Below the pieces are notes generated by a model that was not told where the DNA came from, searched no databases, and was given only the letters and a program-made list of their open reading frames with translations. Both the position numbers and the translations under genes were made by a program. A DNA stretch of 64,000 bases. It comes from Octopus sinensis (taxonomy: Eukaryota). The stretch spans positions 20,460,001 to 20,524,000 of the forward strand of contig NC_043000.1 in assembly GCF_006345805.1 (NCBI RefSeq). The letters are read 5' to 3'. Shown in pieces: positions 47,860 to 62,764 of the stretch (the first letter of the stretch is position 1; each line of letters begins with the position of its first letter).

Positions 47860-49024
47860 CCCAATTAAATGAGCTTAGGCAAGTGTCTTCTACTATAGCC
47901 TTGGGCTGACCAAAGCTTTGTAAGTGGATTTGATAGATGGAAACTGAAAGAAGCCTGTTGTATACATGTGTGTATATATGTGTGTGTGTGTGTGTGTGTT
48001 CCCCCCCCCCACCACCACCACCATCACTTGAAAACTGATGTTGGCATGTTTACATCCCTATAATTTAGTGGTTCAGCAAAAGAGACTGATAGGATAAGTA
48101 CTAGGCTTACAAAGAATAAGTCCTGGGGTTGATTTGTTTGACTAAAGGTGGTGCTCCAGCATGGGTGCATTCAAATAGCTGAAACAAATAAAAGAATAAT
48201 ATGTAATTCTGCTTACTCTACTTATGATCAAATACATATTGGACTCTACACATTCTCACACAAGAGTTAATTGAGTCTTTTGTAATTTATACAAGAAATA
48301 ATTATTAATTATATATAAGCACTGGCATGGCTGTGTGGTAAGAAGTTTGCTCCCCAGCCACATAGTTTTAGGTTCAGTCCCACTGCTGGGCATCTTGGGC
48401 AAGTGTCTTCTCCTTTAATTCACAGTTGATCAAAGCCTTGTTCAGTCAGTGGTAAGACATTTATTTCTTAATCGCATAGTTCTGGGTTCAGTCTCATTGC
48501 ATGACACCTTGGGCAAGTGTCTTCTGCTGTAGCTGATCAAAGCACTGTGAGCAGGTTTGGCAAACAGAAACTGAAAGAAGCCTACCAAATGTGACTTGTG
48601 TTTGACCCCAACCACCACTTGACAACTGGTGTTGGTTTGTTTATGTCCCTATAACTTAACGTTTCAGTGAAAGAGACCGATAAAATAGGTACCAGGCTTT
48701 AAAAAAATAAATAAGTCCTGCAGTCAATTAATTTGACTAAACATTCTTCAAGACGGTGGCCCAGCATGGCCATTGTCTAATGACTAACGCATATGGTAAA
48801 AGAAAAAGATATATACTCTCTCTTTTACTTGTTTCAGTCATGTGACTGTGGCCATGCTGGAGCACTGCCTTTAGTCAAGCAAATCGACCCCCAGGACTTA
48901 TACTTTGTAAACCTAGTACTTATTCTATCGGTCTCTTTTGCTGAACCGCTAAGTTACAGGGACGTAAACACACCAGCATAGGTTGTCAAGTGATGTTGGA
49001 GCAACAAACACAGACACACAAATA

Positions 49025-49089
<65 letters not shown>

Positions 49090-49256
49090 ATATATATGAT
49101 GGGCTTCTTTCAGTTTCTGTCTACCAAATCCACTCACAAGGCTTTGGTGGCCTGAGGCTATAGTAGAAGTTACTTGCCCAAGGTGCCATGCAGTGGAACT
49201 GAACCTGGAACCATGTGGTTCGTAAGCAAGCTACTTACAACACAGCCACTCCTACA

Positions 49257-49289
<33 letters not shown>

Positions 49290-50114
49290 TCATTGCCATT
49301 ATCATCATCATTTAATACCTGTTTTCCATGTTGACATAGATTGACTAGTTTGACAAGATCCAGCAAGCTGCAGATCTTTGCTGGGTGTCTCCTCTGACAT
49401 GGTATCTATTTTTGGATGACCTTCCTAACACCAATCACTATATATTTACAGTTGGCTTGCATAGTTTCACTTTCATTTGATTTTAAACTATTCTCTTCAT
49501 TATGCTCTTTCCATTTCATCTTCCATTAGTTTACTTTCAATTCCCTGTGACAAAAACATGTTAGACCACATACTAAATTAGCACTTAAGTCAGGTTTAGT
49601 TTTCTACTTTAAAAAGAAAATACATTTTGTTAAATGTTACTAAGGAATAATAATAGAGTATGAAATGTCAAACCAAAAATGGACAAGAAAGTCAAATTAG
49701 AAATGAAAATTGAAAATTTTAATCAGCTTTGAAATGGGAATGGATCAACAGAAACTCTGAAATAATTTAATATTCATGAAGAAACTGTTGGAACAATTAA
49801 AGGAAACAAAGAAATGAAATTAGAGCAAATATAATTGCAGGATTTTCATGAAGTTCAACTCACACATCACACATACATACTCTTTTACTTGTTTCAGTCA
49901 TTTGACTGAGGCCATGCTGGAGCACCACCTTTAGTTGAGCAAATCGACTCCAGGACTTATTCTTTGTAAGACTAGTACTTATTCTATCACTCTCTTTTGC
50001 CGAACCACTAAGTTACGGGGACGTAAACACACTGGCATCGGTTGTCAAGCAATGTTGGGGGGGACACAGACACACAAATATATACACACACATACATACA
50101 TACATATATATATA

Positions 50115-50159
<45 letters not shown>

Positions 50160-51067
50160 CGACGGGCTTCTTTCAGTTTCTGTCTACCAAATCCACTCAC
50201 AAGGCTTTGGTCGGTCCAAGGCTATAGTAGAAGACACTTGCCCAAGGTGCCATGCAGAGGGACTGAACCCAGAACCATGTGGTTTGTAAGCAAGCTACTT
50301 ACCACACAGCTACTCCTACGCCTATACATGATGGAAACAATGTGGAATTGCAATGGCCCAGTGGTTAGGGTGGTGGACTCAGTCATAGGATCGCAGTTTC
50401 GATTCCCAGATTGGGTGTTGTGAGTGTTTATTGAGCAAAAACACCTAAATCTCCACGAGGCACCAGCTGTATTCGTTCACCACAATTTTCTCTCACTCTT
50501 TCTTCCTGTTTCTGCTGTACTTGTATCTCAAAGGGCCAACCTTGTCCCACTCTGTGTCTTGCTGAATCTCCCCGAGAACAATATTAACGGTACACGAGTC
50601 TGTGGAGTGCTCAGCCACTTGCACATTAATTTCACGAGCAGGCTGTTCCATTCTTTTACTTGTTTCATATTCTTTTACTTGTTTCAGTCATTTGACTTTG
50701 GCCATGCTGGAGCACCGCCTTTAGTCGAGCAAATCGACCCCAGGATTTATTCTTTGTAAGCCTAGTACTTATTCTATCAGTCTCTTTTGCCAAACTGCTA
50801 AGTTACGGGGATATAAACACACCAGCATTGGTTGTCAAGCGATTTGGGGGGGACAAACACAGACACACAAACACACACATACATATTATATATATATATA
50901 TATATACACAACAAATTTTCTTCCAGTTTCCGTCTACCAAATCCACTCACAAGGCTCTGGTCTGTCTGAGGCTACAGTAGAAGACACTTGCCCAAAGTGC
51001 CACATAGTGGGAATGAACCTGGAACCATGTGGTTCATAAGCAAACTACTTACCACACAGCTACTCCT
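47860..51067. mobile_element. Cluster of SINE A copies (47860+, 48320+ partial, 48818-, 49878-, 50675-) and SINE C (50335+)
   Basis: Family matches, CpG-decayed. Confidence 0.8.
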
Positions 51068-51211
51068 GAAACTTTCTGTGTTAAAGTAATCTAAATTAAA
51101 ACCTTCCATCAAAATTTCCTGTTAATTTATGCTCCCAACACCAGTTTAATAACTACAAAATTATTTGGTTAAATTTTCCCTTATTTTCAAGAAGAATTGA
51201 ATCACTAGGTG

Positions 51212-51645
51212 AGACAAGCTGACACTGAATCAGCTTTGCTGACTGACAGGTGACGGTCGTTTAGAGGATGCGCGGGCTAAGACTATGCACTTTCACTAGT
51301 TAGTTATGGTGAGACAGTGTCACGTGACAACTTGCTAGGGCTGCCTGCTGGAGCCCAGCGGCAGGTATTTAAAGGGAAAAATTTGACAAGTCAGTCAGTC
51401 ACCGACTGACACTCGCTGACGATACATCAGAGAGGCCAGGAAACAGACGATAGAAGAAGAAAGAAGACATGCACCCAACACCAGAGCTGAAGACACCTCC
51501 AAAAGGGGGGCCTCGCCATGTCAAAACGGTAGAGGAGTAGGGGCCGAAACTGGACGTGGTTCCTCCTGATGATGTCTTGAGCTAACTGGATCCTATAAAG
51601 GAGCTGTTGTGGCAGCAGACCACGAAACACGGTTGTAATTCCTCC
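51212..51645 (+). mobile_element. CpG-rich LTR-like insertion inside a piggyBac-like MITE
   Basis: MITE halves resume on both sides; gtcacgtgac palindrome, tatttaaa, two CTGANGA and two GAAAC boxes. Confidence 0.5.
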
Positions 51646-52732
51646 GCAGTGCATTTCAATAGAAATATGGTAACAAAAAGGTTAATAACAACAAAGTTAT
51701 TCCACTAAATTCTTCATTATTTTCAAAAGTGATTGGAAACAAGACTGTGTATTTCAACAGAAATATGAAGCTAATGTTAATGAGTATTTGGTGAAAACTT
51801 GTCATATTTCTGATGGCAGAAATTGGCTGTGACACAGGAATACAGTACAAACTTCAAATATATTCCATCCAACCAGATTTTTCTTTTACTTTTTCTACAT
51901 AATACATTAGCTTGGAACATTGTCAATTTTATTTCTCCAATATATTGACTTCACTTTTCTGGCAGAAGAGCATTGGAAAGAATGCTTGGCTGGTAAATTG
52001 GCAGAGTCATTAGTGGTGCCAGATTGTCACACAGTTTCTGGTCTGTTTCTCCCTGTGCTCGGAGTTCAAATCCCACCAAAGTCAACTTTACATTTCATTT
52101 TTGTAGGGGTCAATATAAACATACTAATCCAATACAGTGCAGTGGATTAGCAGAACTGTAAGAACATCAGAACAAATACCTTGTGGTATTTGTTTCAGCT
52201 TTTTGCATTCTGAGTTCTAATCCCACTGTGGCCTGCACTGGTGATAGACTTAATCCATTGCCTGGATTATCACTCCCACTTAGAACCCTGAGTGCTTTTA
52301 GTAGTCTCCTATTGCAGGCATTCAAGCTAGGCTCCAGTTTGAGAACATCTCTCCCTACCGCCCACCAGTTTCAGAGACCCTATAACGAGTCAAGGGCACT
52401 GACTACCTCCCCTCCCTGCCTCGACTAAAAGGTTGAATAATACTGCTTTCATGACGATCAACAATCATTGAGGATAACAATTTATTCTTCCCCATTCATA
52501 TTTTTATACCATCATCATCATCGTCATCATTTAACATCTACTTGTCCATGCTTGCATTGGTCAAATGGTATTTAGCCAGAGGCCCACCCAGTTCTCAACT
52601 ATCACCTGTTTCCAAGCAAAGTAATATTTCCCTGTGGCCAGACATTTTTTCCACTGATACCTGAAAATGAACTACCCCATTTATATGACAGTAATGCTTA
52701 TTTACAACCACCACATGATGTCAACACAATGT

Positions 52733-52773
<41 letters not shown>

Positions 52774-54370
52774 AATACACATTCATACATACATACAAAT
52801 ATATATCACTGTCATCATCATCATCATCATTTAACATTTGCTTTCCATGCTGGCATGGGTTGAATGGTCTGACAGGAGCTGGCAAGCCGGAAGACAGCAC
52901 CAGACATCACTGTCTATTTAGGCATGGTTTTTATGGCTGGATGTCCTTCCTAACACCAACCACTTCACAGAGTGGACAGTGCTTTTTAAGTGGCACCAGC
53001 ATTGGCAAAGTCTAATTTGGCATGATTTTTACCTTCCAAATGCCAACCATTTTACAATGTGGACTGCATTCTTTTTACATGGCACCAGCACTGGCAGGGT
53101 CACCAGCTTCTTTCAGTTTCCATCAACCAAATCCACTAACAAGGCTTTGGCCAGCTTGAAATTATAGTAGAAGCTATAGTAGAAGACATTTGCCAAAGTG
53201 CTGCACAATCAAACTAAATCTGAGACCAGATGGTTGGGAGGCAAACCTTCTTAGCCACACAACCACATCTACACCTTGAAATATTATATGGCAATTCTAA
53301 CCACTTCACCTTCATACCTCATATTTAAATACAGCAAAGATACTGGAGTTTCAAATACAGCAAAGATACTTGGAGGCATTGTTATCATAAGCCTAAAAAT
53401 ATTTTAGCACCCATAAACACATAATAATAAATAGGTTTTTTTTTCTTTCTTTTAAACTTCATTTTTAAAAACATGATACTTAAGTGCAATTTAAAACACC
53501 GAAAAATCACTGACAGAAATATTTATGTAAATATGATGAAATGAATAAAGAAGTTTTTACTTCATATCAACATCATCATCATCATCATTTAACATCTGTA
53601 TATATATATATGTTTATATATAAATAATCAGAAACTGAAGAAGCTGAACTGAAAAGTGAATTTATGGTAATGCCAATATTATCTTACTACAAAGCTGACT
53701 AACAAATATTGATGAATATGTCTGTATTAGGCATGCTGTGTTCGAAATGGATTTCCTTTGAAGAATTTCTGTAGTTCTTGCTAGCTTCCTCTAGTGATTT
53801 GAAATAAAACTCATGATAATTGTAATTATTAAAGAAGAAATGTTCAACGAATGCTATTTTGTATTGCGAATATTCAAAGCATGGATAAAATCTCCAGTAA
53901 AGTAAGTATAAGAAGACCATGAAATGGGGTGGTTGTGCAATATGAAAGAATAATTGGAGGGAGAGAGATTATGGAAAATTTGATGTTGGCAGATTATCAA
54001 GAAAGATGGAGGGATGGTGTTATATATCTTGCTCTATGTCTACAGCCTTCCCAGAATATAGATTTTGATTGATTGGCTGGTTCGGTAAATAGGAGTATAG
54101 TAATTATGGCTTTAAGATTGTAACAGCTAGAAAAGGAAACCACTGAAATGGTAGTCGATTTTACTCAAAATTTATTTGTCTTTTCTACTTAATTTATACC
54201 ATCTGACCTCACCAGTGATGGTGCCACGTAAAAAGCTACCCAGTCCAATCTGTAAAGGAGCTGGTATTGGAGAGGGCATCCAACCATGAAAACCATGCCA
54301 AGACAGACCTCAGCAGTGCTGGTGCCACATAAAAAACACCCAGTCCTCTCTGTGAAATGGTTGATGTTGA

Positions 54371-54604
54371 TAAGGCAGCGAGCTGGCAGAAACGTTAGCA
54401 CGCCAGGCAAAATGCTTAGCGGTATTTCGTCTGCCACTATGTTCTTAGTTCAAATTCCGCTGAGGTCAACTTTACCTTTCATCTTTTCGGGATCAATTAA
54501 ATAAGTACCAATTATGCACTGGGGTCAATATCATCGACTTAATCCGTTTGTCTGTCTTTGTTTGTCCTTCCTGTGTTTAGCCCCTTGTAGGTAGTAAAGA
54601 AATA
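54371..54604 (+). mobile_element. SINE family B with 12-bp TSD, nested in an RTE-tail repeat
   Basis: ggttgatgttga at 54359-54370 and 54605-54616. Confidence 0.85.
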
Positions 54605-55829
54605 GGTTGATGTTGAGAAGGGCATCCAGCCATAGGAGCCATGCTGGGACAGACAGTAGAGCTTGGTGTTGTCCTCTGGCTTACCAACTCCTGTCAAACT
54701 ATCCAATCCATGCCAGCATGGAAGGTGGATGTTAAATGATGATGATGATGACGATGATCATCTGGAGATCTTAGTACTTAGTGCTTCTAGCCCACTCAGT
54801 GAAACCTCTATCTTCATGTCTAAACACAAAACAAAGTCAATAAGATTCACTGGGTGTTGAAACTCATTCAATCTAATCTCATGGATCCTCAAAGATTCAC
54901 ATTTAACAAATTACATTCTCTCGCTTCTACTCAACATTTCAATGTGCATCTTCCAAGTTATCATGAAAATCACTTTTCATCTGAAGGATTCAATTTATTT
55001 TATTCCATTTCCCCCTGTAATATCACTTCATCTCTCCTTCCGTTGTTGTCAGACCTTAATCTGAAGTTTAGCATCAATAAAATTGTTTTTGACAATTCTT
55101 TTCATCCATTCTTCAAATAATGATACTACCTTCATCTTCACAATAGCAGGTCTTTTGATTGTCTGCACGGATCAATTCTATTTGTTCTCCTTGGAAATAT
55201 CATGAGAATATAAGATATATGTATATCTGTGTGGAGATGAATTTAATAAATATGGATAAACGCATGGCAAGGAAATCGAATGACTTATTCTAAAATACAC
55301 TGCTGCTTTTCCATTTTTGCAGTGATTGATGAGCCTGTAATTTCAAATATTCACGTTGGATAATGGTAGTTCAAGATAAATATGTTTGAAAAAGAAAATG
55401 ATATGATCACAGACATAGAGCATTTCAGCACAGGTCTGCCTGATCAAAGCTGATCTAAGGGTAAACAACACAACAACAATTTTACTTTTTCTAAGTCTTT
55501 GGGGAGTTTGAACTCGGCTTTATAAGCTAGTAATGCAGTTGGCAGTTTTATAGTGCTACAACTGTTTACAGAGCTGAATTATGCCATTCTGTAATATCTA
55601 CAACAAGCAACTTGGTGGAATCAGCCAATGAGAATTAAGGAATTTGATCACCAACCCAATATTTTACAAGTGAATGATGAAACCTATATGTGATCACTTG
55701 ACTTGCTGGGAATAGCAACCATATCGCTCTTATATTACCCTACCATCTTAAAGAAAGTAACACATTAAATAACCACTGAGCCATGCACCTTCACATATGC
55801 ATATATTTATATATTATTTATAATATATA

Positions 55830-55874
<45 letters not shown>

Positions 55875-56329
55875 TGATATTTTGACTCTCACCAACCATA
55901 AGGTGGAACCACAGAGACTACCCCTAGTGCATACCTTTCAAGTACTTGATTCTATCTGAATTTGAATTCTGTCTGAATCCTCATTTTACTATGCACACTT
56001 GTGTAGATGTGAAGAGAAGGTTAAGCTTTGGATAATTGCTGAAAGAATAGATAGAACTTTTGACCTTATCACTGGGACCCAAACACCCTCGCCACTAAGC
56101 CACAAGAAATAGATCTCCTTTGATCATAAGTCTGATCGATCAGAGAGCTAAACAACAACAACAGCAGCAGTGGAAGATTTCAAGAGGAACAAACTATTGA
56201 TGCCAGTGGCTATTGTGCATGACAATGCTAAGTACTCTCCATAGACAACAGCTCTTGTAAATCTCCTCCACACATAGGAGAGGAATCTATATGGTTGTAA
56301 GTGCAGTCCTCATTCCCCATTGCAGTTCT

Positions 56330-56366
<37 letters not shown>

Positions 56367-56850
56367 CAGAATAGTTACCATACTGTAGCAACTTCTGTTC
56401 AATAGATCTGCAAGCTTTCAGTTATGCAGTGGTAGAAGCATACATACACACACACACACACATACTCATACAAACATATGCAGATATACTTATTCATGGA
56501 TACATGTAAATCAAACACATCCATGTGTTAAATATTAACTATGTTTAGTGTAAATATTTGTCTTCTATTTTCTATAAAATGTCTTACAGTAACAAACTAA
56601 CTCTCTCTCCCTCTCTCTCGCTTTCCCTCTCTCTCTCTCTACCCCCTATTGATTTCCTTAATCAACAATTTCTCTTGCTCTCTTTTATCAAAATCTTAAA
56701 TTATCCTAGTCGTAAGGTCATATTTGTTTTGTTTCCCTGCCAGAATATCTGTCCATTCTTTTATGCAATTACCCAATGTTTATCAATCTGTTTACATATA
56801 CACACACATGTAACTATGCCTGTATTTATACACAGATCTATATATACATA

Positions 56851-57241
56851 CTAGCAGTATCGCCTGGCGTTGCTCGGGTTTGTAAGGGAAATAACTATAT
56901 AAGCATTTTTAGAGATGTAAAGTATAATAGCCATCTCAATATGGCTAACCACAAAGGTGTTACTGTAGCTTTTTACGTTCTGAGATTTAAAAATACATTT
57001 TTAGAGAGTTACTTCCCTTATATAATAGCAAAAAAATGCATTAAAAATGGGAAAAAATTATGGTAAATTTTTTTTTAAATCGTAGACTCATCGTAGACGC
57101 GTGCTAATACCCAGAAGGGCTCGATATGAATCCCGACTATAAGATACCTGCTTTTGGTTACAGTGCACCGCACAATGTGGGAGTAGTTAGGAATCTAAAT
57201 TGTAGGAGACAGACACACAACTTCACTTTTATATATAAAGA
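56851..57241 (-). mobile_element. Non-autonomous Helitron
   Basis: Minus strand A|TCTTTATATATAAAAG ... cccgagcaacgccagg ... CTAG|T. Confidence 0.8.
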
Positions 57242-57353
57242 TATATGGACTCTGCATGTATGTGTGTATGTATAAACACACCCAAGATCACACGCATTCA
57301 CAGATATGGGTTGTGTGCATGCATGTGTGTGTGTATGCATGTGTATAGATACA

Positions 57354-58026
57354 TAAGGGAGAGTAAAAAATTATATGCACTCTTGTTTTTTCAATGTATT
57401 TACACAAAAGCAAAGAATAAACAAGTACGTAATTTCTCTATATTGTCCCCTTCCTTTTTCATGCACTTGGTCCCATGGTCCATCAGCTTGTGTATTCCCT
57501 CCAAGAAGATTTTTGGTTGGTCATGCTACCATTTATGCATCAATTCCTTATCTTTGAGCAGTCCTAAGATATGATAGTCAGAAGGGGCAAGATCCTGGCT
57601 GTAGACAGGGCTCTCCAACACCTCAAAATCCAATTAGTTAATGATTTCAATTGTCAGGGCAGCAGCGTGTAGGTGTGCATTGTCGTGCAACAACACGACT
57701 TTCTTCAATAATATGCTTCAGCATTTGGTGCAAATTGCTGGCTTCAGTTTTTTGGCCAGCAAAGCACTGTACCATACACCATTGATTATACACTACTTTT
57801 CCAGAGAAATCGGATCACTGCTCTTTGTTCTTCTTTGATGTACATTGCAAGCGGAGTGGCCATGCTTACACTGGAAAGCCAGAAAGAAAAATGGCATGAT
57901 CAGGCTCAAACTTAGATCACATGGCCACAATAGTACCAACTATAAGCACAAATGCGCAGAAGGCAGCGTGACCATAATAAAGATATGTTATGGTGAAAGT
58001 GAGGATAATTTTGACTTCTCCTCGTA
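57354..58026 (-). mobile_element. Internally deleted mariner (DD34D-like) with both TIRs
   Basis: VVLLHDNAHLH...YSQDLAPSDY; taagggagagtaaaaaattat versus ataattttgacttctcctcgta. Confidence 0.8.
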
Positions 58027-59684
58027 TTCTTTTACTTGGTTCAGTCATTTTTCAAACTTCATTTCTAATCGTTCAACATGCTTGACCGCTAAATCTCCAT
58101 GTTTTCTTTCATTCTCTCTCTGTTTATTTTCTCTTATTCCCTTCTATTGAAACATAAAAGACTTTTTCATTTTCTTGAGTGTCAAACTTATACACCTGCT
58201 TGTTGTTCATACACCTGTCTTTGTCTTTTATCTTTCTATAAATTCTAACTATATATTATACGCACACATGGTCACCTCAGTTTTATCCTGCTTTAACTTT
58301 ATACTCTTTGTACTTGCATATCTTAACTACTTTCCGAACGTTCTACACCTCTCGTCTACATACCAGCATTCCACCCAGATTACCACTGGAGATACTAACT
58401 CTACTTTCACCGATTTCACATGATTTTTATGGTTGGATACCCTCCTTAATGCTAGCCACTTTACTGAGTGTACTGGGTGCTTTTTATTTGACGCCAGCAC
58501 AGTTGCTTTTTACATGGGGCTAGCACATATATATAAGGTGCAGTGAATTGTCAGGGCCATTAGTCTCAGAAAGCATGCCTTGGTGTCTTACTTTCAGCTC
58601 TTTACATTCTGAGTTCAAATCCCATCAAGGTCAACTTGTCATTTCAGTCAAGAAGTACTGGGATTGATGTAACAGACTAACCCATCCCCTCAAAATTACT
58701 TTTCCTTGTGCCTGTATCAGAAATGATGCTTTTTCTCTAGAGCCAGCCATCGTCCACAAAAGTGTATAGTTTAGTAGCACATGCCATGCTTTCATAAATT
58801 GTTTTAGGTGCCTATGTTGTTGGGAGCAGACATAAACATCCTTTTGACTTTCCCTCCTTCTGACTCTGTGACACATCTGAGCTGTGACAGCTGGAAGGAG
58901 AGAGGGGGAATGTTGCTCCAACACTTACCTTATACTCGTTTCAGGTGAGTAAACCGGAAAAATATGAAATGAAGTGTTATATCTATAACTAGATAGGTGG
59001 ATAGAAGAAGAGATAGGTAGATAGACAGGTAGATAGACAGGTAGATAGATAGATTGATAGGTAGGTAGGTAGATAGGTAGACAGGTAGCTAAATAGATAG
59101 ACAGGTAGATAGATAGATAAGTTTCTTTATTGGCCACACAGGGCTGCACACAGATGGGACAAATTACAAGGTAGAGCTTTTCTTTTGGGGGATGAAAAGA
59201 AAAAGACAGGTAGATAGATAGATAGATAGACAGGTAGATAGATAAATTGATGGATGGGCAAGCAGATCCATGAGAAAGAGAAAGAGTGAGAGAGAGATAA
59301 ATAGATAGATACATAAAGAAATAGGTAGCGCTATTTTAGAACATTGTGAGCACTGAAAGTATTACGCAATGAAATATCTATTTTACAAGCAAAACATAGC
59401 TACTAAAACGAGTCATTTCCTCTCTCTCTCTCTTTTATGTTAAACAAAAAAATGAAAGGTAGTCAAGACAAACTCATAATGTTCAGCAATCTGCAATAAT
59501 AATAATAAATAAATAAATTTAAAAATTGAAACATAAAAGATAAAAGATTTAAAAATTGATAAAATAAATGTTTTACATGACATGAGGAAAACTGATTTCT
59601 GACATATTTTGAGAGGAAATGACAAATGTGTTGGAAGTCTGTCAATGACATTAGGAACTGAAAGAAAGAGACCATGTTATATAT

Positions 59685-59748
<64 letters not shown>

Positions 59749-59759
59749 TCTATATACTC

Positions 59760-60300
59760 TTTTACTCTTTTACATGTTTCAGTCATTTGACTGCGGCCAT
59801 GCTGGAGCACCACCTTTAATCAAGCAACTCGACCCCGGGACTTATTTTTTTGTAAGCCCAGTACTTATTCTATCGGCCTCTTTTGCCGAACCGCTAAGTA
59901 ACGGGGACATAAACACACCAGCATCGGTTGTCAAGCAATGCTAGGGGGACAGACACACAAACACACACATGCATATATATATATATACATTTATACGACG
60001 GGCTTCTTTCAGTTTCCGTCTACCAAATCCACACAGCCACTCCTGCGCCATATCTCCACCTATCTATCGATATCTATCTATTTATCTATCTATTCATTCA
60101 TCTATCTCTCTAACTAGCTACCAATATCTGACTATCTGTCTATCTATCTCACCAAATAGTTTTCCAGCAGTTTTGATGCTAACCATTCCAGTTATTCAAT
60201 CAACGGAACTCCCTGCTCTTTGAATCAGCATCTAAGTAGCAGAGTACTTCACAGACACCAATACCTTCAACATAATTCTTAGCCAGAATCTGTATGATAC

Positions 60301-60331
<31 letters not shown>

Positions 60332-61072
60332 ACGCTCTTTACTCTTGTATTTGTTTCAGTCATTTGACTGCGGCCATGCTGGAGCACCGCCTTTTGTCAA
60401 ATCAAATCGACCCCAGGACTTATTCTTTTGTAAGCCTAGTACTTATTTTATCGGTCTCTTTTGCCAAACCGCTAAGTTACAGGGACGTAAACACACCAGC
60501 ATCGGTTGTCAAGCGACGTTGGGGGTACAAACACAGACACACAAACACACACACACACACATATATTTATATATGCATATACATATATACGATGGGCTTC
60601 TTTCAGTTTCCATCTACCAAATTCACTCACAAGGCTTTGGTCAGCCTGAGGCTATAGTAGAAGACACTTGCCCAAGGTGCCACGCAGTGGGACTGAACCC
60701 AGAATCATGTGGTTCATAAGCAAGCTACTTACCATAACTGTTTTTGACAGTTGTTGTACTGATGAAGGCTAATGAACCAGAAATACATGTCCATGACTGT
60801 CCTCTTGTCTCCAGACAATAAGCCTATTCTTTGCCTTAAAGGTATGTCTATTTTGAAGAACCATTAGCTCTCCAGGCGAAATGCTTTGTGGTATTTCGTC
60901 TGCCGTTACGTTGTGAGTTCAAATTCCACCAAGGTTGACTTTGCCTTTCATCCTTTCGGGGTCGATAAATTAAGTACCAGTTACGCACTGAGGTCGATGT
61001 AATCGACTTAATACCTATGTCTGTCCTTGTTTGTCCCCTATATGTTTAGCCCCTTGTGGGTAATAAAGAAAT
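59760..61072. mobile_element. SINE A copies (59760-, 60335-) and SINE B (~60875-61072+, 13-bp TSD aggtatgtctatt)
   Basis: Family matches. Confidence 0.8.
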
Positions 61073-61581
61073 AGGTATGTCTATTCTGAGGAATTCTTGA
61101 ATCTTGAGGTTACCTCCCCTTCTCAAGTGAAGCTGGTCTTAATTGTCATTTGGTAATTATGATACATCCTCCAGAGGCAGAGGTAATTTTAATAAATCAA
61201 GAATTTATTTTGTATGGTATTCAATATAACTGAATTTGTCTATGTTCCTCAAAGAAACTTTTTCTATTTTCTTTTCTTTCTCAGCAAGGGACAGTAGATT
61301 ACAATTCATCAATGCAAACTAACTAGATATTTTCCTAAATCCTTTTTTCAGAGCACTATAATATATATTTCCAGATCAAATACTACCTAGGATAAAGCAT
61401 AACATTGGTGAAGGGGTACGAATTCCCTAAGCCTCCAATTGATCAACAGGTACTGCTGTACTCAATCAGCTCTGATGACTTTCATTGATTGACCAAACCA
61501 AAGAGGTATCCTCTGTATCTATCTATATATATATATAGATAGATCCCTTACTTATATAACCCAATGATGGAGCATCTACAT

Positions 61582-62614
61582 CAGTGGTTCCCAGCCATAT
61601 TTTATCTATGGACCCCTTTGATTACTATTTTATTCAGGTTCTCATGCCCCTAGCCATTCATTGTTTAATAACTAATATTATATATATACATTATTTACAT
61701 CATTTACATTTCACGGATATTTGGATTGTTACATGCATCGCCTTACTAGCATCTGTGCTGGTGGCACGTGAAAAACATTCGAAGCGAGATCATTGCCAGT
61801 GCTGCTGGACTGGCTCCTGTGCAGGTGGCACATAAAAAACACCATCTGAGCATGGTCATTGCCAGTACTGCCTGACTGGCCCTTGTGCCGGTGGCACATA
61901 AGAGCACCCACTACACTCTCAGTGGTTGGCGTTAGGAAGGGCATCCAGCTGTAGAAACTCTGCCAGATCAGATTGGAGTCTGGTGCAGCCATCTGGTTCG
62001 CCAGACCTCTGTCAAATCGTCCAACCCATGCCAGCATGGAAAGCAGACGTTAAACGATGATGATGATAATTGTCCTCATCTTGTTTGTTGTTAACACAAT
62101 GTTTTGGCTGATATACCCTCCAGCCTTCATCAGGTGTCTTGGGGAAATTTTAAACTTGGGTTCTCATTCCTAGTGGTTAAGAGTGCAGGCTACTAACCCC
62201 AAGATTCCAAGTTTGTTTCCAGACAGTGACCTCAATAATAATAATAATAATAACAACAACAACATCGAAAAATACCTTAGAAATGAGAACCCAGGTTCCA
62301 AATTTCCCCAAGGCACCTGATGAAGGCTGGAGGATATATCAGCCGAAACATTGTGTTAACAACAAACAAGATGATGACAAATATCCATCAAAGGTAAATA
62401 ATGTATATAATTCCTCATATCTTAAATATAGAACTGTAATATTATAGATACTTATTTCAAAATTTTTATTTTGCTTATCAAACTATGTAAAACATCAAAT
62501 ACATTTAAAGCAAAATTTTTTCATGGACCCATAAAATACTATTGTGGACCCTATTTACTATTTTGCTTGTGTGGACCCCCAAAATCTTATATGGACCCTG
62601 GTTGAGAACCACTG
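61582..62614. mobile_element. hAT-like MITE with nested RTE-tail repeat (61740-62067) and PLE palindrome
   Basis: CAGTGGTTCCCAGCC ... GGTTGAGAACCACTG TIRs; 8-bp flanks atctacat/acccacat (6/8 identical). Confidence 0.7.
62068..62381. repeat. Inverted pair of PLE terminal repeats, each with a decayed dimer-type HHR
   Basis: + strand 62312-62357 ggcac-CTGATGA-a-ggctg(10)cagcc-GAAAC ATT-gtgtt; minus-strand copy at 62093-62138. Confidence 0.75.
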
Positions 62615-62764
62615 ACCCACATCATCACTTAATATGTTAGAAATAGCAGTCAAATCTCCCTCAAACAACACCCTTTACCATCTTAAAACAGAAAGAACAT
62701 ATTGGATAATGTAGTGCTAGACACAGTTATACTTTGGCTGGGAAAACACAGAACGATTATACCT

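Noticed and set aside
53699-53920. 73-aa minus-strand ORF as an exon
   Set aside because: Atypical acceptor, no homology; chance ORF in AT-rich DNA is equally likely
58808-58944. Plus-strand exon ending CAG|GTGAGT
   Set aside because: Motif also resembles a Tc1/mariner-type terminus; chaining it with other candidate exons gave no recognisable protein
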